From Botryllus schlosseri (taxonomy: Eukaryota): DNA of 64,000 nt. Location: assembly GCA_051294905.1 (NCBI GenBank), contig CM119385.1:11532001-11596000 (forward strand), in the 5' to 3' direction. The notes under the pieces are model-generated. The model was not told the DNA's origin, searched no databases, and worked only from the letters and a program-made list of their open reading frames with translations. Positions 13,596-24,621 of this stretch are shown here, piece by piece. Position numbers and translations under genes: made by a program. The first letter of the stretch is position 1; each line of letters starts with the position of its first letter.

Positions 13596-14719
13596 AAAAA
13601 CAATGCCGATATTTCAGACTTGGAGGACAGATTCTAGCTTTCGGATTGCCAGAAATCCTACAGTCGCTTACGCAAAACAATTCTCCACTCCAGCCTCAGC
13701 GAAGCGGAACGAAGCTGCAAAATCGGTCGTTGCCGTTCCATGTTCAATTTCTATAGTGAATGCTTAATCGGTTGCGCAACAATGGCCAATACGCTTTTGC
13801 TGTGCGCTGCTTCTCACCTGCTCCCAGACGGCATCGTTGCGTCACAATACCAAACTCCGCTACCATCCAACATTCGAGTCTGATTTGGAGGGGGGGTTCC
13901 AGGACCACGAGCAGAATAAAATTTATATTTTCGCAATCAGTACCACGGTAGCTTTCTATTGATATTCGTTTTATCAAATTTGATGCTCGGCAAGCCGGTC
14001 AAAAATTATCGTCAAATTGCCTCTGGCCACATGGAAAGTGTGATGTTGATCAATTTCACTGAGCCGTGAGATTTGCTTGTCTCCACACCATATAGGACAC
14101 TATGCTGTTATTATCCCCGAACTAAAAATCATCAGCGTGACGGAAATATGAAATTGCTAGGAAGGGTTTTTTAATGTCCTTTCAAAATCTAAGTTGTTTT
14201 TTAAAACATTTATTACGAGGTGGACTTTTTGGAGTTAGCTGTGGAAATTGACAGATTTAAGAGACTGGTACGGGTACGAATCAATAGACACTTCGTGACC
14301 TTTGACACGAACCAATCAGGTTGCAGCAGGATGTAAACAAAGAACAAGGCCGGGCAAGCTTACTATGAGCTCTTATGGAAAAAGGTTGAAAAATGAAGGA
14401 TTTAAGCAAATTTACGTTGAATTTGGGATGGCTGGCCTTAATGAATAGTAATAGCGTAGAGCTAGTATGTAGTTGCAGCTTTTAGTGTAGGATGAACATG
14501 AATGGTGTTAAGTACGCATCAGCGTGCTGTGTCCAAATGCATAGATTTTTGACAACTTTTCGGATTAAGCGACGATCGTTGTATACTATACTATAGGATT
14601 GTGGTAATGCATATTTTGACGATTTCATAGGCTCCCGGTCTCGAGCGAAATTTTCAAGCATATCTCATGTTCAGAAATATATGCTATAAAATACAGCTGC
14701 TGCCACACATCACAATTTT

Positions 14720-15170
14720 GGTGCATTGAATATGAAACTTGAAAGCTATGAAGATTCTATCGAATTTCTGGATTTGAGTGGAACAGCATCGTCTTCTAAC
14801 ACCGCGTAGAAAGCTACGAAGTATTTCATGGAGCGCTACGTACACGACTTGGGGACAAAGATTGAGGAGACAATCCACTCTTTGTGGAAGCAATATTCTA
14901 GTGAACAGCCAATGTTATCGCAACTTGCGGAAAAATGAGATATCACACTCAATGGAAATACACGTTCTCAGAAAATCCATTATCGATTCGTCTTGCACTT
15001 GTAAGACAGGGTAAGTAAGGAAAAAGACATTTTGACAAAGACTCCTGCAATAGATATTGTAACCATGATTTATTTTCACATTAGGTTCTGATATATGCTC
15101 TCATGCAAATGCATTGATTAAGACAATACAGCACCTGAAGCTACAAGGACTATCTTGTGATTTGCATCAG
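14720..15170 (+). pseudogene. SWIM-zinc-finger second gene remnant of the ISL2EU element
   Basis: KATKYFMERYVHDL is followed by IIDSSCTCKTG|gtaagt...ttag|SDICSHANALIK, a CxC...CxH SWIM pattern split by an intron. ISL2EU elements are known to carry a second gene encoding a YqaJ-type exonuclease, but no YqaJ core is visible here. Confidence 0.6.
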
Positions 15171-15529
15171 CATCAGCATCAGTGAGCTCGATCGTGATTG
15201 ACAAGCTATCTCTCGACGTACTCGCAACCGATCAACTCCTGCCTCAAGGTAGATTTTGGTGTATCTGGTATCTTCAGTTTTTTAACATTCCACCAAACAC
15301 AAATAATCCTAGAACATTTTCACCTGGAGAATTGTTCATTCAACAAATTGGGCATCTAAATGAGCTTCAATGCACACCACTGGAATATAGTATGAATAGA
15401 CTAGACATGCAGTACACATTGACCATGGCACCGCGCAATTACGATCCGTAGCATGCTATTAGGCATTACGATATTCACAATGGAACTGAATTTTCACAAT
15501 TGCCGAATATGTTGCGTCAATCATTTGTA

Positions 15530-16850
15530 ATTTTCAATCTTGAATTAGAGTAAGCAATTAGTCCATATTTGGTTAGTTGATACACAATGCTGCATAGTAT
15601 GACACCAGACAAAATTTTACACTTGATTCTTCCGATCAGCTGTTCAATATGAATACGTTGTCTCGCCATCTTTCTTGTTGTGGCATTTGACAGTGTGCCA
15701 AATCACGTGCAGGAATATTTAAATCTAGATTCAATTTCTTGATTTCAGAACTAATGGTGAATCCCTTTTCTGTCATGATAGCATTTCCTGGTTCACCATA
15801 GCTGAACTCCATCATTTTCTCACATTTCTTGTAAAATTTCGATCTGAAATGGTCCCTGTGAACATAGTTCCTGCACAAAAATAAGTGCACCACAATCCAT
15901 CAATCCTTTCAAAGTTATATGTGATTTATTGACAGTCAACAATCATTCTACTTTTGAGAAATCATGAATGAATGCAAATGGTGCCTTTTTAAGAACCACA
16001 TATCTACCTGGCCAAATCGAAATTTAATGAAGCAGTTACATACGGTTGACCCAATGGTTTAATACTATGCTTACAGCAATACTATAAATTTGACGTCAGT
16101 GGTATAAGTCGGGCAATTCAGAAAGAATTTAATGTAGTCTAGCATAAAATTTCAGCTTCTCAGCATCTTTTGACATTATGATGCTCCTCTGAGAACTGAA
16201 CTTCACTAGCAATAATTGCCCTTCAATTTGTAATTTTCCTGGACGAGTTTCCTGTTTTGTGCTTCTACTTCTTCCAGAAATTTGATTTTCTTGCGTTTTA
16301 TCCATCGACTTCCTCTTTCTGCAGCTTCATAAAAGATATCCATCAAACCTGCACAAAATATATAATATGTTTATTTTACAGAGCAACACTGCTGTGCAGG
16401 CACCCATCAAGGCATACTCGTTCGACTCATGCAACGTATCACCGCTACCAATTTCAACTATTCATCTCATTATTGAATATATTGCTCTCAACAATTTCAA
16501 TCCATTACACACCATCAAGCAACAAAACTGGAGTGGAATAAAACGAGACACACACCAAGTCGATTGTGGCATCAAGTGTGACTGCATTTCAGATTGGACT
16601 CATTTTGAAACACAGAATTGTTTCATCTATTCTAAATTATGTCACGATTCAATATTTTTGGTACAATAATAGATATGTCATTTGAATAATAAAATGAGAA
16701 TTCAGATGACTACAAGGAAGTCCACATGCCTTTATCCAGATTTTACATTCTTCAATGCATGTTATTGGCTCTGGGAAAGGTACAAGCGCACACCAGGAAC
16801 GGTCTGGGTAGCGATCTCCAAGTTACACAGGCTATTAGCATAGTAGTTAT
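15530..16850 (-). pseudogene. THAP-HTH-DDE transposase remnant of the ISL2EU element (frameshifts and stops)
   Basis: Motifs HITLKGL, FTGTISDR, AIMTEKGF, LNIP and RIHIEQLIGRIKCKILSG are spread across frames; the 15636-15893 ORF carries part of the DDE core. Boundaries are approximate. Confidence 0.8.
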
Positions 16851-17455
16851 CCGGCATTTGTCCTGATTGATTCAATAAATGAGCTAGAACAAAAAATGAC
16901 GATTTCAGCTGGGAACGGATCATGTTGCCTAACATATATCATATTAATATGATCATTGAATATGCAGACAAGTGTTCAGTGTAACAGTTATTTGCTAGAT
17001 AATGATGCAGACTGTAGACTGTACTATATACGATTCCATAAATAGAACGCATATAACGCCAAGCCCACATAATGAATACCCCACATATCCTGACTCAAGA
17101 TTAATCTATGGCTATTCGGTACGACAATCCTATAGTATACGACTAAGGATAATACAGCAATAGTTGCTTCATCCGAAAAGTTGTCAGAAATCCATTCATT
17201 TGGACATACCATGCTGATGAGTGCTTGCCACCATTCATGTTTATTGTAGGTTAGAACACTGCAAATACATACTAGCTCTACGTTATTACCGTTCACCAAG
17301 GCCAGCTATTCCCAATTCAATGTAATTTTGCGAAAAACCTTCATTTTTCAACCTTTTTCCATAAGCGATCATAGCAAGCTTGCCCGGCCTGGTTCTTTGT
17401 TTACATCCTGCTGCAACCTGATTGGTTCGTGTCAAAGGTCACGTAAGTGTCTATA

Positions 17456-19089
17456 GGCCCATTTACATGACGGTTTAAGTCAGCTTCGAAGCTGACTCGT
17501 CGATCCGACTCTCTCGTATTCGATGAAGAGAGAAAGGCAAACTGCTTCAAGTCGACTCGAGCCTCAAGCTGTTGTGTAATGTGGTTTACGATCGGCTTGA
17601 GCATTCGACCATCGGCGTCCGGCGATTTTCGTTTGACGGCGCTGGGTTTTGCCGCGCGGGCTCTTGGCATCGTAATTCGTGTTTTTCATCTGATGTTGAG
17701 AAATTGGGAAAACATGGCAAGGAAAAGTGGAGCTACTTTGTAAGTGCTCGCTTGTTTACGATGGAATATATATGTAGTACACCAGTACCGGTGTAGCAAC
17801 CGTGCTCATTTACGGCAGTTGTATTAGCGATTCCCTATGTGTTCTTTGATATTTGGCTGCGACGCTTCGATCTGTAGTAGCCTAGTTGCTGTCATCAGCT
17901 ACATAAAATGGCTTACAAGGTAAAACGTTGCATCTGTATTTCTACTTCTCAGACTACAGTTCGGAAGAGATGTGGATTGTACCGGTACTACAATTCGACT
18001 ACGACATGCATAGTGAACTGATGGAAGAAGCGGCCTTGCAGTGTGCTATATCGATACGGGAATACATGAACGATTGCTGCATTTCCTACATACTGTTCCA
18101 CTGGATAAACTGATGTGAGCGCGCGTGTGATGGGATGGAGCTGGTGTCTCTCCCGGGAGGATGATATGGAGATTTGTGACTCTCCTGGTGATGATGAAGC
18201 GCAGCGGTGTTAGGATTATTGCTTTGTTTTTAGTTCTGAGTTCTGGGTTATAGTGTTCTGCTGATATGATGCGGTCGTGCGGGTGTTCACGATTTTCAGC
18301 TTGCCGTTTTGATATTGTATTCATGGTAGCCTATGTGTTTGTGAGGGTGCTGAAATTGGCACTTCTCAAAGTTTAATTGGTGGGTAGCAATTTAGTAGTA
18401 GTGCTCTATATTGCTCTTTATGACAGTTTTTATAGACATTCTTGGTATTGTTAACTTCCTATTTGGTATATCATGCCGACAAGATGCTGCAATAAAATCT
18501 CTGCAGTAGTTGTTGTATCGTGACTCTTGAGTCACCGGCATACATGGGGTAGTCTGTTGCAGAGGAGCGGCCGAACAACTAGAGGCCACATGGGGGTTGC
18601 AAGTGGGTCACTTGAGTGTTAATGACCGTATTTTAATCGCATCGACAAGTGATGCCTGAAATATCAAAACAGTCGTTACTCCCGCCTATACTCCACGGCC
18701 CATTTTCTATGACGCCGAAAAAGCTAGCTGATAACTTATACTTGTTGTTTTCCTCTACAATACTTGTCGTTTTCCTCTACAATCATGATATAAACAAGAT
18801 TATTTTCCTCTACAAATATCGATGTTATGAGTATCTCATCATCCTCGTTAATTTCGAGGATAAGAAACGTTTCAGAGTACGACCAAACACACATTGTCGT
18901 TGTACCTTTGCCCACCAAACTTACTACGAATATATATTTGTAAGGGGTAAAGCGACACCGGGTCGTCCACGATACAGCTTCCTGATGGATCATGTAAACA
19001 GGGCCCTTTAACGAGTCAGCTTGGAGATGAGGCGTGACGTCACTGGAGACGACTTGAACGCCAAGTCGAGTCGAACATGTAACCATGCC
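17456..19089. mobile_element. Harbinger-like non-autonomous element, longer and older copy
   Basis: Left end GGCCCATTTACATG and degenerate right end CATGTAACCATGCC|TAA. The subterminal blocks (GTCAGCTTCGAAGCTGACTCGTC..., TGACGTCACT..AGACGACTTG) are shared with the 19489-20118 copy. Confidence 0.65.
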
Positions 19090-19175
19090 TAATGAAACGT
19101 CGATCGTTTGATCGTAGTGCACTATGATGCAACAGTAGGGTTAACACACGTCCGCCTTTAGGAGAGAGAGAGTAT

Positions 19176-20379
19176 AGATTACTAACCTACGGATAGATAC
19201 GCAGGTCCCGTCGTTACGCTCCGGCAAGCAGTTACACTTGTTGCTGAGCAATCTAAAAGCGGCATATTTGGTGGTGTTATAACTTGCAACCCGAGGAGTG
19301 AAATTTAATGAAACTGGTCTTAATTGAGAGCTGCTGTCGCACTGGTTCTGAGAATACAAATTAAAATCTTGTCGGGGAAAGGGAACCACGTCAAAACATC
19401 CCCTGAAATATAAAAATCGGCATTGTTCTGAACAATCGCTTGATGAAATTGCAATTGTTACGTTAATCGTGTTGCGGTGGTGTCATTAAGCCCATTTACA
19501 TGGCCGTTTGGGTCAGCTTCGAAGCTGACTCGTCAATCCGACTCTCTCGTTTTTGAAAAAGAGAAAAAAGCAGACGGCTTCAATCCGTCTTGAGCTCAAT
19601 CCGTTCCGCAGAGTCGCTTGGAGACGGCTTGAACACAGACTACAGCAACATACCAACATTTCATGTTCATATTTCACGAAACCGGCACGTATTTCAACTG
19701 GGTGAATGTGAAAGCTCTATCAGTACATGATACTGCTTTTATAATGGGCACGTGGTCTTATTTGTTCAACGTCACAACTTTGGTTTATTAGCAATTTTAT
19801 CAGTTCAATACACCACAAACAATGCGATACAATGAAAAGAAAGGAAGATGTCGAAGCGACTAGGAGTTGTCTATGGAATCGGGTACAGCCAACAATATAA
19901 CTTGCCCAACTCACTATCAGAAAGAATATATATACGGTGTATTTGGTCATTCTAGGATTGTGTTGAAGTATTTCTGGATATCTCAACTGCCGTAGCATAT
20001 TCCCGAGATGCGATAAACATGACCATGACCATGTAAACTCGATCACTTTGGCAAGCCGTCTCATGACGTCACTCCAAGACGACTTGGCTTCAAGACGACT
20101 TGACCATGTAAATGGGCTTATTGTTGGAACAATGCCGATTTTCGGATTTTGAGGGCTGTTTTGAGGTGGTTCCATATCGCCGTCAAGATTTTAATTCGTA
20201 TTTTTGGAATCAGTGCGGCAGTAGCTCTCGATTAAGACCAGTTTCATTAAATTTCAGCCCTCGGGTCGCGAACTATAACACCACCAATTATGCTGCTTTT
20301 AGATTGCTCAGCAACAAGTGTAACTGCTTGCCGGGGCGTAACGACGGGACCTGCGTATCTATCCGTAGGTTAGTAATCT
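19176..20379. mobile_element. Long-TIR (foldback-type) non-autonomous DNA element with AT/TA flanks, inserted in (GA)n and interrupted by a Harbinger-like MITE
   Basis: 19176-19438 is the reverse complement of 20119-20379 (about 260 bp, moderately diverged). The termini AGATTACTAACCTACGG / CCGTAGGTTAGTAATCT are flanked by TAT/ATA and by GA repeats on both sides. Confidence 0.8.
19489..20118. mobile_element. PIF/Harbinger-like MITE
   Basis: Perfect TIR AGCCCATTTACATGG / CCATGTAAATGGGCT with TA(A)/T(T)A flanks. It belongs to the same family as 17456-19089. Confidence 0.8.
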
Positions 20380-21604
20380 ATAGAGAGAGATATCAAATTT
20401 ATTCTCGTCTCCACAATCTAGATGCTTTGACCATAGTCGTTTACAGCTGTGTTTTGACGACAGAGATGCGATACAGCGTTTAGGTAAGATCTAGTATGCA
20501 CCACCATTATTTTTCTCCTTCCAGCTCTCTGGCCCCAGTAGTGTATGACTGGCCAGACGAAGACCAGCTCCCCTTACCAGGTTACGAATTCTCAAGTGAA
20601 AAGCTCAACCATTTCGTATCACAAAAGGGAAGAGAGAACTTATGCAACTATTCACAGCAGTGTATGATTACCGAGTCATGCCATACCCATTCGATGTGAA
20701 AATGGTTGGCATGCAGCTGTTTAACCTGGATCTGCTAGGCCATATTGGAAGTGACCCTGGTGTACCGTAAAGGCAATTTGCCGACGTTATGGTTATTTTG
20801 CTAACAGATGATGAAGCTAGATTGAAACTACATATATTTAACATCTAAACCTTGGCGAAGTGTGCAAATGAACATGAATAACATCTTGAAAAGAAAGGGA
20901 CCGGGTTGTACTTCGAGCAGCGAAATCATAAAGCTAGCCGCCTGTAACCGCATTCTGCACAGTTGACCAAATTCACCAAAATGGGACGTTATTCGCATAT
21001 GGTGATATCAAAATAGGGTCGTTTGAGTAACTCATAGAATGAAAATCCTATGTAGTATCGTATCAATGTCATTCGACGCATTGAATCTTTCTATGCCAAA
21101 ATTTGAGATTGACAATTGATCCAACTGAAATAGAAGCTATTTGTTGGTATCATTCTCCCGTTCTAGCCTTCCGTCAAGTGTCAAATCTTCAGCAAAACAT
21201 ATGTGATCGATTAATGGGTTTGTTGAAGGTATCGTACGCAGCTCATACTCAAGAATAAAATGATATTCAATGATCCCGATATTTTTGTTGTATTTGTATT
21301 CCTTGAATAAAATACTACTTCTTTTGTAGATAACTATGCCCATCGTAGATGTTAGAGAGCACATTGGTATACTGACGTAAAGATTTGAAAATAAAAGTGT
21401 GATTTATTTCGTCTCGATATTGCCTTCTTGTGACCCGTAGAGTTGGCGAACCCTGCTGTGGACTGACTGGTTGGATCTGTCTCTTGGATCTATAGCAAAT
21501 CATCCACGTCAATGCACAACCTGTCACTCGTTGCTCAACGGAAATCTTTTGCCACGGAAATTTAGATGGGACAGAGCTGAATCTCATATTCTGCCTGCAG
21601 CAAT

Positions 21605-21750
21605 GCGTTAGAGAGAGAGAGAATCTTTATTCGTCTACATTATACATATCAACGTCACACAACAAAAATGAAAGACAGTGAAATGCGACATGCAAAAGGT
21701 AGACGGAGGCTCGAGCCTTCAGAGTCTTCAGAGCCGGGCCACCCTGGACA
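21605..21750 (-). repeat. Probable LINE/SINE 3' end
   Basis: On the minus strand it ends with AATAAA followed by a (TC)n tail, after a T-rich 3' UTR-like tract. A loosely similar tail with (TGAT)n lies at about 51330-51460 on the plus strand. Confidence 0.4.
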
Positions 21751-22494
21751 GGGGCAATTATCACAGTTGATATAACTAGAATAAAAAATAATGTCTCCTA
21801 CGTAATCTTGTATTCTCTGAGTGATTTAGAAATGTAAATCACAAACGGTACAGACAAAGAGAATTTATTGCTTCGTAGAAAATGAACAAATTTGACCGGA
21901 AATCATGATATCACATGTAAAGGTCTTACTACTCGTCGCCATCACAGCATTGGTATAATACAGGGTATTCATATTCATTTTACCATAGGATAGATAGTCC
22001 GCAAGGCTGCAACCGTATGAGATAATATAAGAAGAAACACAAGTATATAACTATCGAATGTAAATGTTTACATTCCATGATATAACTATAAACAGCAGTC
22101 TGATGTTGGAACTTGGAAGTGAATGGAAATAACTGTAGGAAATAACAAGTTTCACACAAATATGCCGGTGTTACCCAAACCTTGAAGAAAATCTTTTCCA
22201 TATTGTGAATCCAATCCTTCTTTAGCTTCCTGATCGAAGGAATGCGATGAAAGCAACCATTTTCCCGAAGTCATTATTGCGCAGCGCACATAAGGATTAG
22301 GGACGCAACAATGAGAGTGTGACTATAGTGTGGCACACCTTTCCCCCTTTCGACCTCGTTTTTCCATGCTATATAGACAGGCACAGCTCTGCAACTACAA
22401 TGACCTACGTCACGCCCCTTCAAAAGTGATGAGTTATACGAAACGTATGCTCCGACAACTGGCCAGCCTTTCGTAACAATGGCGCCGCCCATGC

Positions 22495-22600
22495 GCAGCG
22501 AGTGAATGCTGAGCTTAGAGCGGGATAGCCACGGATACCAGTTTTGGAGTCTTTGGTCCGACCCAGCCGGGCATTAAATCCACGACCTACCGATCAAGAA
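22495..22600 (-). mobile_element. tRNA-derived SINE fragment
   Basis: The minus strand reads GGTAGGTCGTGGATTTAATGCCCGGCTGGGTCGGACCAAAGACTCCAAAACTGGTATCC, a degenerate B-box followed by a body segment typical of invertebrate tRNA-SINEs (recognised from memory). Confidence 0.45.
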
Positions 22601-22752
22601 ATCTGACGCAGGAAATAAAAAAATGTCCTCCGACGACGCCCAAACAATTGTAAGTACACTGTACGTACAGGCATATATAAAAACGTCATAAATGACGCGA
22701 AATCTTGGGTCTGAAGCACAACATTTGGAGTAGGCCTACTTGAAGCATAGAG

Positions 22753-23228
22753 TTTAACGCAGAGCGAATGTTTGTAGTTGTATAATTGTATATCTGACTC
22801 CAAGATGTATTATTGACTCCAAGAAGGTTGCGTTTACAATTCGCTGCGTGTTTCTTCTTTCGTTCGACGAACCGGCGTAACCGCGCCGTACGGCCTTGTT
22901 GGCTGACGTACCACGAAGCCTGTCTATTGGACACGTATTCGATGGATCACACTGACGAATATATTTTGTTTCTGTCTCCACGACTTGTAACTTTATTGAA
23001 TCACGTACGACAAAGTAACGGACTTCCGAATCAGCGAAATATCAAGAATTGAATGACGGTCTCTCCTAGCCACGAGAGAGTACATGCCAAATTGTTATCT
23101 ACGTTCACACGATAGAATATACGACTTACAAAGGTCTTATCGGGTTCCAGTTCAGATAATTATGTAAGGTTTACCAACTCCTTATCGAATAATATTTAAA
23201 TGGCGTTATACCAATATACTCCGTTAAA
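22753..23228 (-). repeat. 3' LTR (476 bp)
   Basis: Direct repeat of 25740-26215. It follows the PPT on the minus strand, its ends are TTTAACG / CGTTAAA, and it has AATAAA on the minus strand at 22992-22997. Confidence 0.93.
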
Positions 23229-24276
23229 AGTTCCCCCTTCCCACCAAAATAACTTGGTGCAAAAAAAAACGAGTATATTGGTCAAAATCTCAAACCTAGG
23301 GTCATACAACATATGGACTGGGGCTAATCATAGGGACTGGAGACAGGAAACGATTTTATATGCAGGGGCAAAAGTAAACTAATGAAACGAAATACCATAC
23401 AAGCGTGACAGCGTGGCAAGCGGGTCAATCGTGGCAAGCGTGTCAAGCGTGGCAAGCGGAAACCCTATTTTACATAACCATCTCAGAACGACTCGCAATA
23501 TCATCGTTCCGTCCACTGGCAACTGAAACTCAGATCAACAATAGTTAGCGCTCAAACAAAACAAAGAAATAAAATACATAATTAAACCAGCACAAACGCG
23601 TTACAACCGTGACATTACAGATCACTTCGCATGCACTAACAACAAATTAATGAAAATGTATAATAAAGAGCAACAAAAACTAAAGTACTACAATACAATT
23701 CATAGACAGAAAAAGTCTATGTGCACTGACGAATGCCATCAACGTGTACGCAAGGCCAACATCATAATTCATCCAGCAATCATGCTTCAAAACCCACAGA
23801 ACATGCCATTCACTGTCATTCACTTACTTCTTCTACTTTCTCATCATTACTGTTAACCCCTGGCCAACGGGATCAACAATCATTCCTTCCAAATCCGTGT
23901 TGCTCGTACGTCTACGTAACAACAGAGGGCTGATGACAATCCCACAATCCTTCTACAGTGACCATTTCAAATATGACGCAAGCGACTACAAACGGGCCTA
24001 CACGAGACTAACATATTGGTGTCAGCATTTATCATTACAACGCATACTTCAGCAACGAGCTTCGGTGACCCCACCTCACATTCTACGACGGGGAGTCACA
24101 ACATGATGCAGCAATCCTGCATTTACATAATATATCAATGCGCAAATCACGCTTTTCACTACGCATATCTTTACTCTACGCGATTCAACAATCGATGAAG
24201 CAGCAATCCTGCATTTACGCAACATATTAATGCACAAGGCACAATTCTCATCACGCATATCTTTATTCTACGCGAT

Positions 24277-24621
24277 TTAATGCAACACGTAATCATTCAA
24301 ATGTCTTGGTCTAACAATTCGTCTCCCTCTGGACGTATATCTTGGACTTGACTCGGTGATATTTCTGCAATCACGAGATATTTGGGTCTTAGCATTATCG
24401 CGCACGCGGGATTCACGCCTACGAATTACGCGATAAACATCAACAGGTAAGCAATCAGATACACGCTCTCGGGACGCGCTACCAATTCTACTCGGACAGT
24501 CGCTCTCGCTGTCATCACTACCGGAGGAAATTACACCTGCGTCAACCGGATTAGCCGCGGAGTTTAGTACCGATTTGTCCGCATCAACGGGCGGAAACTG
24601 CTGAACAAAATCATCAAACAT
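24277..24621 (-). pseudogene. 114-aa ORF resembling the C-terminal tail of a Gypsy-type pol polyprotein
   Basis: It ends RYTSRGRRIVRPRHLNDYVLH*, matching the R-S/T-x-R-x-x-R-x-P-x-x-L-x-DYV motif that commonly terminates Gypsy pol downstream of integrase. It is in the sense orientation of the LTR element. Confidence 0.6.

Larger units (their letters stand above)
14286..17452 (-). mobile_element. Decayed ISL2EU-type (PIF/Harbinger-related) DNA transposon, 3167 bp
   Basis: Long imperfect TIRs (about 14286-14605 vs 17122-17452) begin AGACACTT...GTGACCTTTGACACGAACCAATCAGGTTGCAGCAGGATG, and both ends are flanked by AT. Minus-strand transposase remnants: THAP-like (RYPDR, PFPEP...CKIWIKACG, about 16680-16830) and DDE_Tnp_4-like (MFTGTISDR; PGNAIMTEKGFTI...LNIP; RIHIEQLIGRIK, about 15530-15950). 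A convergent plus-strand SWIM-finger remnant is also present. Confidence 0.85.

Noticed and set aside
20440-20780. Plus-strand exon-like segments with good splice signals
   Set aside because: Joining the first two segments gives a stop in every frame, and no recognisable protein results.
22623-22655. ATG...ATT|GTAAGT (MSSDDAQTI) as an alternative first coding exon of HNF4
   Set aside because: It has a phase-0 donor, while the available HNF4 acceptors (28676 and 29823) need phase 1. It could only be a UTR exon or chance.
22686-23052. Duplicated ORFs (METETKY..., MTPRRLR..., MSNRQAS...) also present at 25505-26039
   Set aside because: They appear twice only because they lie in the two LTRs. 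They overlap in several frames and show no protein motif.
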